From: Ophelia neglecta
Lineage: Eukaryota
NCBI GenBank assembly: GCA_965285935.1
Contig: OZ260664.1
Coordinates: 51,584,001-51,648,000 of the forward strand
DNA length: 64,000 nt
Direction of reading: 5' to 3'
In this document: positions 42,840-56,410 of the stretch, piece by piece
Layout of the letters: each line of letters starts with the position of its first letter
Numbering within the stretch: the stretch's first letter is position 1
Notes under the pieces: model-generated
What the model saw: the letters and a program-made list of their open reading frames with translations, nothing else
The model's database searches: none
What the model was told of the DNA's origin: nothing
Made by a program: the position numbers and the translations under genes

Positions 42840-43370
42840 AGCTTCCCTAACCTTCTCACTTAACATACCCCACCCCTTAAATATACCCCACCCTACCTCC
42901 TAGACATTCCAAACACTACCACCAACATACCCCACTCTACCCTCTAAACATGCCCCCCTATCTCCTAAACTTACACTCAGTCTGCTCCTGAAAGTTACCC
43001 TACCTTTACCACGAAATGCATTAACTTGACCTCTAAAGTACCCCTACCCTACCCCTTAGACCTAATCCTACCATCTATCATACCCCTACCTAACTCCTAA
43101 GCATGCCCCCTATCCCCTAAACTTAGACCCAGCCTGCTCCTGAAAGTTACCCTACCTTTACCATGAAACATATCATCCCACCTCTCAAGTATATCCAACC
43201 CTGCCCCCTAGATATACCCAACCTTACCCCTTAACATACCCATACCTACCCCTTTAATCATACCAAACTACTCCCTAAACTTACACCCAGCCTGGTCCCA
43301 AAACTTACCCTTCTCTGCCCTCTAAAATACCCCACCCTACTTGGACATGTATCCCACAATGCCCCTTAGA
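42840..43370. repeat. Degenerate C-rich ~24-bp tandem repeat with a higher-order duplication
   Basis: Repeated CCCTAAACATACCCCACCCTAC-like units. The segment CATGCCCCCTATC...CTGCTCCTGAAAGTTACCCTACCTTTACCA occurs at ~42949 and again at ~43102. Confidence 0.8.
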
Positions 43371-44939
43371 CATAGGTTTCACAATAGTCAAAGCCTTCAA
43401 AAGTCAGCATTACAAACTACCAGTAAATACTTTGGCCAGTGCCTCAACAGTCCTTATTTACCTGTAATGCTGACTTTTTCTGGCATAAACTATTAACAAT
43501 ATATTTATTTAAGTATCTCTTGTGCATGTACATGCATATGTTACCAGTATGTGATTGAAAAAACTTAACATCCCTAAACATACCCCATGCTATAAGTAGC
43601 CCCCCCCCCCACCCACCCCTTTGACAAGCCTACCTGCTGAACATGCCCAACTCTACCGGCTATATATGCCCACTCTATCCACTGAACTTTTTTTTTTTAA
43701 TGGAAAATAGATTGTTTAAAAAACAATCAATCAAGCTCCTCCAAATAAATCTACTTGCCTACATTTGTTGAAAAGGAACAAGATATTTGGGAAATATAAC
43801 CCCAGTCATCACCAACCACCACCTGCAACTGTGCATGTATATTACAAACTTATGTGCATAGTAATTATGGGAGAAAAGTATCTTACTGGTAAGAAATAGT
43901 TGATACTTTGACCAACTCTGCACTGAGATGTTTATACACATACCTGTTATAATGTACATTACTTTTTAACTGGCATAGTACCACAGAGCATTTTACTAAA
44001 CTAATAATAAAATTAGGAATGCATATATAGTTTATATTTTGAAGTGATGTACATGTATATATATTTGTTTATGTGCATAAGGGTAAGTTATCTTTTATGA
44101 ATAGGACCTATATTGTATGAGTTACCAGAAAGAATATTAGAGAAATATACCGGTAGATAGTATTGAATATACATATATATAATAATAAACTTGTCATGTA
44201 ACATTTCAAAGGGGGTGATGATGAATTAGTCCACTTTAGGACAATTGGTGTATTGTGAAGCAGATGTTAACTATTGTGTAGTCAGAACGCCTATCCTTAG
44301 AGTGATAACTAACTACCACTAACTAAAAGATGATGTATGTAGACTTCATCAATGGGAAGGAAGCTGGTTGTCGTTTTCTTTTTTTATCATCACAATCACC
44401 TGATAGTTGAGCAGAGGCGTTTTTTGTGTGGGAGTTGGTTGCTGCCATTTACTCAGAAACATGCTACTAGGAGTTGTTAAATTATACACATCACATGTAT
44501 TAAAACCATGTGGTTTAGTGTGTTTTCTTGTCATTTGTCACTCCAATCATATCTGTGCTCAGTGATTGTCTCTACCAGCTGCTCTGTCCAGTGTAAATGA
44601 CTCCATTTCTCCAGCTTGATGAACATACACGTACACACTGTGTACATCATTTGATGCTTTTTATATGGATTTTTTCTTTCTTGGAAAGGCCAAAATGCAT
44701 GTGAATTATGTTACATCAAATAGTCGGCAATCAGTAATTTATTGACTCCTTTTAGCCTTTCACTGGAGTAAATGGATCTGCAACTGATTGACTTGTCACA
44801 TCTATTTCCTCTCAGGTACACTCTATACCTACACATCTGGACCAGGCTGGGTTCTCATTGAATAGTTTAGTATCTAATTTATACCATTTTTTCATTAATT
44901 CATGAAAGTAAATGTTCCACTTATAGATCAAATAATTCA

Positions 44940-45098
44940 AATGTATATTCTCTTCTTTCAGGTAAGTGTTCAAACTTGGATATTCAGATAGAATTTTTTC
45001 ATCTAAGCCAATGTGCTCCTAAAGATCCAGGTAAAGAAGGAATTTAGAAAATAAGGATTACTTGTCAACAAATTCTATGCTCGTGTGAAAAGGTAAGT
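44940..45098 (+). other. Candidate recursive splice site (3'ss|5'ss at 44961/44962) with 131-nt RS-exon
   Basis: Pyrimidine tract TATTCTCTTCTTTCAG is immediately followed by GTAAGT. A second consensus donor AAG|GTAAGT lies at 45092/45093. Confidence 0.5.
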
Positions 45099-48000
45099 TT
45101 CTTATTTGCTTATGGAAGAATCCTTCTCTAAGAAGTTTTAAAAACTTAGCCTCAAATCATAAAAATGAAAAGAACCTGTTCAATACATGTAACTTTCCCT
45201 ATTCAACCATTATGATTTCCTGGCATTCGGTGATGATCGAAGACTAAATCCCAAGTGCCTTAAAAATGAAACAATTTTGGCTTCAGATGGCAAAAGGTAC
45301 AGCAACCATCCAAGAAATTGCCTGCCTTGTTATCCTCCTGCTTGGCAATTTAAACCATTCTAGAATTGCCTCTTGGCTATTATCAATAGACTTGCCTGGT
45401 GAAATAAATGGAAGTCTATAAAAAGTGTTGAATGGTAAAATGTAATGTTATGTCACGTATAATTAATGCAGTAAGTTATATTATAAAGGAAAGTTTTGAA
45501 TATTTTTACCTGAAGGGTAGATTATATGTATGATTTTGAGTGAATCAAACTAATTTATAGGCAGCCTGTAAGATATTATTTGCAGTTCCAGGTACATGTA
45601 TTAGTATAGGAACAATATGCTAATTAGGAGGTAGAGCATTGTATTTTTGTCTAAAAGGGCATTCAATTTGCATCTCTATCACGGAGTCAATATTCTGTCG
45701 CAAAGTGGCAGAGTAGCATGTGTGGATGCACTCAAGCTGCAGGAGATTTCAACAGACAATGTCTTCAGCAGATTTTCACCTTGAAGACATTTTATAATAA
45801 AAAGCTAATGGCAAAACTATGTGAAACCCTCCTTTTCAGTGATTGGTGTAGATGTTTTACCAAAAGACAAGGTCTCTACCTCCCCCAGGTCCCCCCCAGG
45901 CCCATGTGCCGGGCATTGCATGATATAAATGTGTACTCTTAGCTTAATGCAGTCAAGCTGTATGGATTGAAGATTGCTGGATTTGGCTGGTTTATCATTG
46001 AAATGAGTATACCCATGATACCAAGGGCATTCATTGATCTCTCTCTCTGTTGCTCAGGCTCATCCCATAGTCCTTGAAACTGGAATATACCAAGTTTTGT
46101 ACAAGCCTTCAGCCTTAGAACAAAGATTACTTTTTGTCTATCTGTTTCTTTGAGATTCTAACCATTTATATATTTTTAAGAAGAATATGAACAAAAAGTT
46201 GTCTGTTATAATTCTACAGTGTTTTCATTGTTAGTTAGGGAGTTTTCATCATTTGTACTACTGGCCCAAATTTGACCCCCTCCCCCCCCCCCCCACTCCC
46301 TCCTGCCTCTTCCTGCTGGATTTGTTATTTTTATAAACTGTTTGCAATTTAATGAGCCAGAGTTTTCGCTGTGATTACTAAATGCCTTTTAAACAATGTA
46401 AATGGAACTGTGCTTATGAATGTTCAGTAACTTGCGTCATATGCTCTTTTCATTCGCCCTCATGGATATTCTTTAGTTTCTCTTTGAGTCGCTGAGAGGA
46501 AATGGGTGCACCTAACCCTGTATGATGGATGTTTTGTTCAAAGTGTGTTCTTCTCTGGTGATCATTGGAGCCCTTTGGCTTCTGGGCTGCCAGTCACACA
46601 CACACAAAACAAATTGGGCATGGACAGCAATTCAAATTGTCCATGAACTTAATTAAGAGTAAATTTCTTACAGCTTTATTTCTTTCTTCAGATTGTCGCA
46701 AACTTTGAAAAACTGTAAATAATGTCATTTAATTGTCTACAGCTGGTCTTTGTGTTTTTGAATACCTGTCTTGGTGACAGATTGTATCTTTTTCACTCCC
46801 AATACACAGCAGAAAACCCATATTGTTGCAAAATTATCAGATCATACGAAGATACTGTGAGGAAAAAACAAAGCATGGAGGGAGGGGGGGGGGGGTTCTC
46901 AATGCGATATTTTATGAAATATTTGTTGTTGTTCAGTTGATCAGAAACATGATTTTTGCAATGAAAAGTCACTGGGCTTGACTGGAGAGCCGGTGAAAGG
47001 GGCAGTTATGGACAAAGAGAAATACCCTTTCCATTCTGCAGTTATAATACATAGTTGCTCTGTGCTAGCTTCAGTGTACATAAAGAATATTCTAAATCAT
47101 ATCTACAATGCAGATGGTTGCATCATACACTGTTTGGATACTCTTTGGAAAGGAATATAAGCATTTCAGTATTAATTTTATACATTTATTTATGATACAC
47201 TATTTCCCTACAGCCCTTACTATATGTAATTATATATTTTAGAGATTCAAGGGGAAAAATGGGAATAGATACCAGGCTTAGAGGTATGGTAGGTTATATC
47301 TCTCAGTCAGACCTTCCTTCTCGCTTTCTGTTTGCTATAAGATCGATCTTGCTGACACCCAGGTTAATGTGTTCTCTGGTAGCCTAGGGTTGTGTTGTTT
47401 TCTGACTAATCTGGCATTGGCCCGTACCGACCTTCAATCGACCAACTAGTGCAACCTACATCTACATAGTCTGCAGAATCGCTTAATGTTGACAAGCTGC
47501 AAAATTCTTCTGCTCGATAAGGAAACAAAAAGATTGCCAAAGTGATGACACACTGGGTCCCTGAGCTATAGCCTTTGAGGCTGATATTAGCGTATTGATG
47601 CATTTAGTCGATAAATCAGATTGGCTTACAACCTTGTTCTATCCGAAACATGGGCAAAAAGGCACACATCGTGATGCTGCATCAGAGTTATACCTTACAA
47701 ATTGAAAATATTGATGCACCATGTTGAAAGCAATTGTTATGTTTGATAGCTATGGGTCTTTGCTAGAAATCAGTATATAGTGGGGCAAACAGCCTCGAGT
47801 CTAGAGTGGAAGCTGCTATGAAAATGAGGTGTGAAAGGCTGTGGAAAGATTAAACCACTACACAAGCAGACAGAACATAGTTATGCCTGACATTATTCTT
47901 TTTTGTCCTGATTTTCGGAAGTCCAAATTTTGTATATTGGCTATTATTGATGAAGATTGAATGGAGCATGACTGGTAGCTATTGGCTTCGTGCTGAAAGT

Positions 48001-49214
48001 GGCTTGTAGCACTATGGTGCTGGGGTCACAAGTCAAGGAGCTGCTGGTAATCTAGATGACTTGATAAATGGTGTGTGTCTACCTGGCAATGAACACTGAC
48101 AATACACAAGGCTGGAACGTGATGGCTTAGTCGGAGGTCATGACCAGTCAGGCATACACCAGTGATAATGTTAATAGTAATGACAGCAATTGGAATTTGG
48201 ATACAATAAATACCGGTAGTGCAGAACTACCAAGAATTTTATCCATTGATCTTTGGAACCAACTTTATGTGAAGCACAGCATTGGTCATGGGAGTGAACA
48301 TTTTTTAGAAACAAAAATCAATTATAAATGTCTAGGAATTAACTCGCCAGAGGCAAGTCACATCATCAAATGTGTTGACTTCACTAATGTAATGGCAGAC
48401 ATGGTGATCGCCTGCATGCAGCAAAGCAGATGATTCCTTGTCTTCTTTATTCAGCACTGGCTATTATCTTATGGCTGAAAGGAGTGTTCCTGACTACTTG
48501 TATAATCTCCGTATGAGTCTGAAGTGGTTTAATCAGTGGGTAATTACCATTTCACTGGGCTCATTGTCACCATGGAGCTCTCTTTTTGGGCAGCTCAATG
48601 ATTAAACATGAACACTTACCACCAAATTTAGAGCAGCTAGTCTTTTCTGACCTCGGGTAGAACCATAAATCAAAGTATGTGATAAGCAAAGATAGCTATC
48701 ACTTGATTATTTTATTAAGGTACATCATAAATAATTGGAAATATTTAATTTAGTGACCTCACCCATTATCCAGCTCTCAGCTAATGGCAGGAACCAGTGA
48801 AAATGAATACATTTACAAGCTGATACTAAAATCTGCATGAACTGCCAGAGACTATCGGAAAAGGACAGAAATTTATGGATTTCTCTGATTCCACATCTAA
48901 TTGGGAGATTGTGAAGACATTCTTGGCCTTTCAGACAGTTCAGTAACCTTAGGGGGGATTCTAAAGCTCTGACCCCTGTGTGCCGTTGGGCAGATGTACA
49001 ATGGCCATCTCATAGGACAGTCTTCCAGGAATTATGGACTAAAACAAGGAAAAGAAAGTCAACCCAATTCTGAGACACCAGATCAGTTTAACTCCCACTG
49101 AAATGTGTCAACTTTCTATAGTCAGGAACCATCGTAAGTAACTTTGATAATGCCTGTGTTGATCATGTGGTGAAATTCAATATAGATTTCTTTGCATTTG
49201 ATCAGACACACAAA

Positions 49215-49384
49215 ATGTGGCAGAGCGCAAATGACAGAGTAAACAGTACATTTTTGCCTAAAAAATATCTTCAAGGCTGCAATCTGAACGAGGATCATTT
49301 GGCCTGGGGACGCAATATATTGAGATACCTGGAGTGGCATGGCTGTGAGGAGGCGGCTAACAAACAAGTCAGACGGTACCTCAG
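49215..49384 (+). CDS. Candidate alternative first coding exon MWQSANDRVNSTFLPKKYLQGCNLNEDHLAWGRNILRYLEWHGCEEAANKQVRRYL(+AG), phase 2
   Basis: caaaATG start, 56 codons + 2 nt, strong donor CAG|GTGAGC; the unspliced frame stops immediately. Protein-like composition, CpGs retained. Confidence 0.7.
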
Positions 49385-50166
49385 GTGAGCCGACCTTCAT
49401 GTTATATTGAGACTTGTTAAGGTGATGTACATGTCCATGTATCTGTGCTGGCCTGGAGCTAGCTCAGGGCCGAGGAGAAAGTCAATGGTTTTACTGGGGT
49501 TGATTGTGTTACTCTGGCTACACCAGGCTCAAAGGGCCAAAAAACAAGTGACATTAACCTCGTTTAGGGGATGTTGCTATAAATACTGGTTTGCCTAGGT
49601 CAGTAGGTGAAAATCTACATGTACATTCAAGCAGCGATGAATAATAAAGCTAGGAGAATAAGATTTTAGTAAGATATTTTGGCGCACTGTACCAATCTGA
49701 GCTGTTGTTAATAAATAAGATAAAATGATTAACTCCTAACCATATGACACCTAATACATAACTTTTTGTCTCACATAACAATTAGTTTATTTTTGTGATT
49801 GAGGAAGTTAAGAAAAATGTCACTTAGACTGACTAGCAGAGGAATCCTAACATGTGTTCTAGAGATATCAGAGGGAGTGAAGCTAATGAAAAGAATACCT
49901 ACCAGTGTTTCCATCACTAGAAAGTCCTGTCCCTTGATAATTGAGTCCCATCTTACAGCTACTTACAGCTACTTACAGGTCCTATTTTGACTATTTGGTC
50001 TTGAAGCCTCTAGCATCATATTGTGGTACTGTTCGAGATTTGACTGTACATGTCACATTTGAACTACAAGTTTCTATGGCTATTTGTACAGGTACATAGA
50101 TATTACATGGCCTAGATCATATAGGCCCCCATATAGGCATGAGTTTATTTAACCCATCCCTTTACA

Positions 50167-50792
50167 CAGGGATAATTCTGCTATGCGGCATTGCCGCATT
50201 GCCCCATTAATTCTTAAAATCCCCCATTCCACCGCCCATGGGCGCGGGAAAAGTGAGCATCGTTTTCGAGGGTAAGACTACGTGGAATGGCTAGGCAAAG
50301 AAGCACTCCGGGCTTCCAGTGTGTCCCGTAGTTGTGAAATTTGTCGAAACCAATACCCGTTCATAACCCAAGAATATCCGCCACAGTTTACATGTACACG
50401 ATGTGCAAGAAAGTGGATCTGGGTTTTCCGAGGCCCGGTTTTGCCCGCGATCTCTAATGGGACACTTCTTCCTTAGTACTACTGCTGCCACTGCTGATCT
50501 CACTTCGCATATCACATTTTCTTTGCGGGCAAAGTATGCCACCAAAAATGCGTCTTAGGCCAGACAAAGGCCCGAAGGTGCTGTCTACACTTGGAATTTT
50601 TAAACAGAATAATGTTTGTGTGATCTTTCAACATTTTATTTATTTGAACAACTTTTTATTAACAAACGGCATATTATAGACCATTATAATATGACTGAAA
50701 ATGTATCCCCCATTCCTCAAAAAATGGCCCATTGACTAGGTCAGAGATGGGGGCAAATCCCCCATTCTGGCCACAACCCTGAATTATCCCTG
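50167..50792. mobile_element. Non-autonomous hAT-like DNA transposon (626 bp)
   Basis: Perfect 12-bp TIRs CAGGGATAATTC / GAATTATCCCTG. Imperfect target duplication CTTTACA / CTTTAGA(T). Subterminal CCCCATT motifs at both ends, CpG-rich interior, no transposase ORF. Confidence 0.85.
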
Positions 50793-52140
50793 CTTTAGAT
50801 ATTTGCCTGAGCCTAAGGTGAGGCAAGCAATTGATTCAGTTAGGCCTATACAAGGGACTATAGTTTAACATCCACCCCAAACCACATACATCAGTCATAC
50901 ATGAACATGTATGCTGCCAAATTGGCAAACATTTCTAAAAATGGGCACTGTTATTTAACCAAATCTTGTCCACATGTAAATCAGCACATGTCTGGGGAAA
51001 CTTCATACAGGGGACTCGCAGGAGATGATAGTTTTGTAGTCCAATTTCAGGTAGTGCCTGGCTTATTTGTAAACTTCAACAGAATGGGTGCATATTGCTG
51101 GAAATATGAGACCAGTCAAAAATATGCATAAATCGGGTATATTTGTTACCATCTCATCTTACTTTTTGTCTGATATATTTTGTATTTTTTCCCGTTAATT
51201 AGGTCTGTACTTTTCAGAAAACTGATGCTAACCATAATGGCTTGTTGTGACCATTTAATACCTGATTTAGGTTAGATGGCAAAAACAATAAAATTATTCT
51301 TTGCCCATTGTTTTGTAGGTCTAACCATCTGACTGTCTGCTAGACTGGCTCAATATGCACTCTTACTTATTTCGACATGGCCCTGGCCATTTCTATCCAG
51401 CTATACTACTTAGTGGTATTATGTGTTGCTACTTTTCTACCAGGTGGGGATTGGTATCCTTGGGACTGGAGTGTGTGTTGGTGTAGGGGGAGGGAATGGG
51501 GTGTAGGGTATTAGATACTTATTTCTTTCATTTTCCTTGTTAACCATTAAAGCAGGGAACTCTTTCTCAAAGAAATATATTGGAGCAAATATGGTAGAGA
51601 AAAAAGAATTGGCAAGGTTACCAGTGCACACCTTAAAGAGAGATTCCGTACCACTTTAATCTACCTACTTGTATCTAATTTGTATTTTGGTCCCACCAGC
51701 AGATTTTGCTCTTGGATTAATCAATAGATGGAATGCATGACACAAATTCTAATTGGGAAAAATATGTACTTTGATGGTCATACACTTGCAATCTTCTCTG
51801 TGGATACAATAATCTTGCTTTCTTTAGGGATAATTGTTTGATATAATTCTTTGTAGTTTTATATAAACATTGTTTAGTTTATATCCTTTGAAAATCTGTT
51901 ACTTAAAGGCTAAGTTGTAGGGTAAGTAAATGACTCAAGCCAAAAGTGATTTTACATCCAAATGCATGGAGATAGTAATATGCTTTTGTATTCAGTTTAA
52001 AGCAAAGTCATATGTCAAGCTTGGAGGTTCCTTTTTTTTTAGGATACTTAAGTTAATGCATGGGTGGGCTATTGGGGGTCAGATAACCAGTCTCTGATGT
52101 GACAAATTAAATTTGCAATTAGAAAAACCGGTTTTGGAGT

Positions 52141-52291
52141 GCCCTTAGTCAGAGAGCTACAAATACTATATTATTCTTAGCCCTAACCAGAGACCAACAC
52201 ATTCTATATTCTTAGCATGTATCAGATAACCACAAATCCTATATTATTCTGAGCCTTAATCAGAGACCTCCAAATCCTATATTATTCTTAG
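52141..52291. repeat. Short ~38-bp tandem repeat (about 4 copies)
   Basis: Recurrent AAATCCTATATTATTCTTAGC...ATCAGAGACC. Confidence 0.8.
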
Positions 52292-52478
52292 TTTATTTAT
52301 CTAATTACCTTTCTATCTTTTTATACATTGTCACATTTTTCATTTTTATGTCAGATGGTGTGATATAAATATTTCACCTCAAACTAAGACATAGGGTAGA
52401 AAAACCAAATACCAAATAGTCAGAAATAAAATTCTGAAATACATCCATTCTGTGCAAAATTGATATTATCTTTCAAAG

Positions 52479-52503
52479 ATGAGTTCTTGCAATTTAAGCA
52501 GAG
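52479..52503 (+). CDS. Candidate 25-nt micro-exon
   Basis: ATCTTTCAAAG|ATGAGTTCTTGCAATTTAAGCAGAG|GTGAGTAT. Strong donor, modest acceptor. Reads (D)EFLQFKQ+AG if entered in phase 1 and exited in phase 2, or MSSCNLSR+G (phase 1). Confidence 0.3.
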
Positions 52504-54889
52504 GTGAGTATGTGTTTAATATGAGCTCATATATCTATTTGCTCATCAATATATGCGGCCTTGAGTTCCACTTGAGGCCTGCTATTTATGGTATTTTATG
52601 TACTGATCTCAAAGTGTGTTTGTTTTTGCATGTGTGTCGGGCACACCTGTTTTATATTACCTAATCTATAAGTCAACTTAAAGGTAATGTTAACGGCCAT
52701 TTAAATCAGTGTTTGATGGAATTTTATTGCCTTTTTTGGCTTTTGTGATCATGTTCAAGTAACATGTACATGTATGCTGATTACAGTGAAATGTAAATGC
52801 AAGTGGTTAAATCAGGCCTATAAACTCAATATGCTTCCATAAAAACTTCCCTGGAGTACAAAAAATCCATTATGGTTAATACACCTTGACTTTGTATAAT
52901 TTCTGTCAAAGTTCTTATTTTTTGGAGTGGGTGAAGTGGATTTGATTTGGCCGGGGGCCAGATATCAATTCTATTGTGTCTACAAAAGACTCAGCTTGGA
53001 GTGTTATAGGGATATACATTTGATAATTCTGTTATATGTACCTTGAACATACTGACATACACTGTGTGAAAAGTTCACAAACATACAAAGTCAAGCTTTG
53101 AAGGTGTTGTATGGAAGAGGCTCAGGGGTGACAGTTATCGCTTATTGTTTGTAGTTTTTCCTTACTACCATTTAATTCATAGTGCAGCATACTTGTAGGC
53201 TCATGTACCCTTGATCTGAGTATCCGGCCGAGAAACAAACCATATCAAACTGTACCAGTGAGTAAAGTTAGCTGGGAGCTAGGAGAGCTGTCACTCGCCA
53301 GAGCAGTTGACCTTTAATTTGCAGTGTCATGAACAGGATTTGCGCTCTTCCTGCCCAGCATGGATGGGAGTTTTGTCCGGCAGTGATTGATGGAAGCGTT
53401 CGTTGTTTAGATATCACACTCTATGTTAAACCAATGTAAATTCAGAAGAGTGGCATAGGAGCCTTGTTTTGATGAATTGACTTGCTTGTACACATTTTGG
53501 TAAAAAGCGGTTAATAGTGATTTATTAAAACCTTCTATGGCAAACATGAGAGGTGGAATGACTGGAACTTAAAAACAATTCATTACAAGGTTTTTGACAA
53601 TAAAAGCTGTAGTATGGGGTACTTAAATATGATCAGCTCACTTTGGAAATTAAATGTCTCTTCTTTTAATGTGGAAAGTACACATGTGGATTAAATGTGT
53701 GCTAATGAATTTGATGCTATATGTAGTGATTAACATTGTTATGAATTGTCTTGTATTTATGCACAGCCTACATGATCCTCTTTTTAAGATGTCATTGTCA
53801 TCAGACTGATCATGTTATGCCTTGAGTGCATGAGACATTGAGTTGTAATCTTTGAATATTGGAGGATACATCTTTGACACCATGATAAACAGAATAATAA
53901 GCCAGTAATAAGCCCGTAGGGAGTGATAGTAGCTCAGTAAGTAATCAGATTACCAGACTGGAACATGCTATCAGGAAGCCATTTTACATGTTTTACATGC
54001 AGAAATTACATGTACATTTAATTTTCTGTTTCTGAGACACACAAATGTGAATCAGTGATGTAAACTTCTAGACATTATAAGCTGGATATAAAAAAGAAAA
54101 ACATATTGTATGCCTCAGATCAGATCAATATCCAGTTAGATACAACCTTCAGTGCATGAGTATTAGATGAAATCCCTCTGCATAACTCTTATCTGAAGGG
54201 TACCAAAGTTCAAGTGGACATATACATGTACAGTATACCGCAGGATTAAACCATTTCATTTTTGTGTGTTTATGGTACATTTTAGTCACCCACTTCTAGT
54301 TTTTTTATTTGTTCTTAAAGAAATACTTCTTTGTCAGTTTCAATTACATAAAGGTGTATACATGTATGCACATACTCTGATTGGGTACTTCTTTATTGTA
54401 TCTATTTAAGCCAACTTAAGTTTTCTGTTATGAAATAGCCTGTGGTTATAAATAGAAGTTATAACATTAAACCCATTTTACATACATTTTACTTCTTTGA
54501 CAGTTGAACAGAGAAGGAGCAAGTAGGGGTGGGATAAAGTGGGTTTATAAATGAACTGTTAATTTTATTCATGTTACTGAAGGCTGTAAATGATCTTCTT
54601 TTAAGTGGATACCTTTCAACTTGACTACAATTTATGAGTTCACTACTTTGATTTAGTATAATAATTAATTCAGATATTCATTTCTGTACTTTTATTGGTG
54701 CAGATTGCCAGCATAGAAATTGTTTGTCAATTTCATTTTTAATTCATCAATGAAGCCCATGACATTAACATGTAAATAGCTTTGTTACCTGACAGCTGAA
54801 GAGATACGTTTACATCAGCGGCCACTTTGCACTGTTTTTGATTTGTCAAAGAATGGCAAGTCATGATACAGACTACTTGGACCTATGGA

Positions 54890-55075
54890 GTATTGATACT
54901 GGGAATCAACATACATTCTGTGAAATAGGACCTTTAAACATAGATACTGGCAGTCAACAGACATCTGTGAGATATGACACATTAATATGGACACTGAATG
55001 TCACATGTATTCTGTGAGATATGACACCTTTGTATGGATACTGGAAGTGGCTGCCTTCTGTCAGATATGACCGTC
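54890..55075. repeat. Degenerate ~42-bp tandem repeat (4-5 copies)
   Basis: Recurrent GATACTGG..GTCAAC...TTCTGTGAGATATGACAC. Confidence 0.75.
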
Positions 55076-56410
55076 ACTGTATGTGGGATTGAGGACAATC
55101 TTGTTTCTGATCACAAAGCTATAGGCTGACTACACCCCAATAAGTATTGATGATTTCACATGGAAGTGGAACTATGATGGTTTGGTTGGATTAATCAAAA
55201 GTTAGAGATATTGTTGCAAACTGCATCTGGCACAACATTTAGCCAGCAATCTCTTAATACAAATGGAAAACATGAAAAAAAGTGCAGATTGAATTAATTT
55301 TAAAGATGATCATGACAGAACACTATATTTCCCTGAGCTCATGATTGACTGGAATTTATTGCCTTGTGAAATGGCTGAGAAATTTGTTGCCTGGTGTCAG
55401 ATAATGAGCTGGTTAGGGGGTAAGGGTTACCATAGTTTGTCAGCCAGTGGTAGGTCCTATTGTATACATAAGCTTTATAATACACCATTCATCATCTGGC
55501 TGTATTTTTGCACTTGGGTCAAACTGATAAACTAATTTTTGATGATGTCTCTATTTATCACTTTAATGGAGTGCGATGGATTCGAGGGAACAGTAAACTG
55601 CAGTGTATAATTTAGTATTAGGTGTCTCTCATTATTAGGACTATTCTGGGTGGGAGTAAATTTATGTTGCCTACCATTGGATGTGCTGGGTGTTTAAATA
55701 TAAAATGTGCAGGGGATTTTATTTTTGCTAAGATATTTGCAGAATACAATTATGACTGAAATATATCCCATGATTGTTCAGTTTCATCTGAAAGATGAAT
55801 TCTCAGCAAGCATACTGACTTCAAGTTGAATTTGAAGTATAATAACCCAGCCGCCTTCTGCATGGATATACAAGGATATTGTGCACTGATGATATAGTTT
55901 CAATAGTCCAAATTATCGCGGCCCTGATAAAGATATTATTACCTGTATGTATAGATGGAGTATGTAGGCGTAAGAGTTGGCCTTTCATATAGTAACCTTT
56001 CACTTTAAAGAGGATACAATGTTATGATGCCAATGGACAGCACACCTGATCCTGGAAGGAGCTATTTCTGTCTGCCATCCCAGAGACTATTGGTTATATG
56101 GGCTAATAGCCAGTCTTATCTAACCACATATCACTGGAACAAGTAGTGAAGTGGCAGCCATATATACACTATATTACTATGATATGATAACCGTCTGGTA
56201 ATTGACTGCTGCTGTTTAAAAAAGGACTCACAGATTTGGTCCAAGCCTTCAGAAACAATTTGGTAGAATAGACTAGTGCGTTGTCCTCAGAAAGCCTAGT
56301 GTCAGTATGAGACAGACATTGATCATTTTAGAGATTGTTCCTGTGTAAGAAGTCACACTTAGACATACATATACATGTATTTGTGAAGATAAGTTGCCCC
56401 CTGTGCTGAT

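Noticed and set aside
45718-45942. MCGC-starting ORF resembling a palmitoylated N-terminus
   Set aside because: No credible splice donor before the stop.
48140-48433. 97-aa ORF upstream of the MWQS exon
   Set aside because: No recognisable homology and only a possible GC-type donor; more likely intron or UTR.
55341-55417. MIDWNLLPC... ORF with a TG|GTTAGG phase-2 site; similar tiny or weak cases near 3228, 5739, 30495, 37403 and 53329
   Set aside because: Donors are weak or the ORFs very short, as expected by chance when searching for phase 2.
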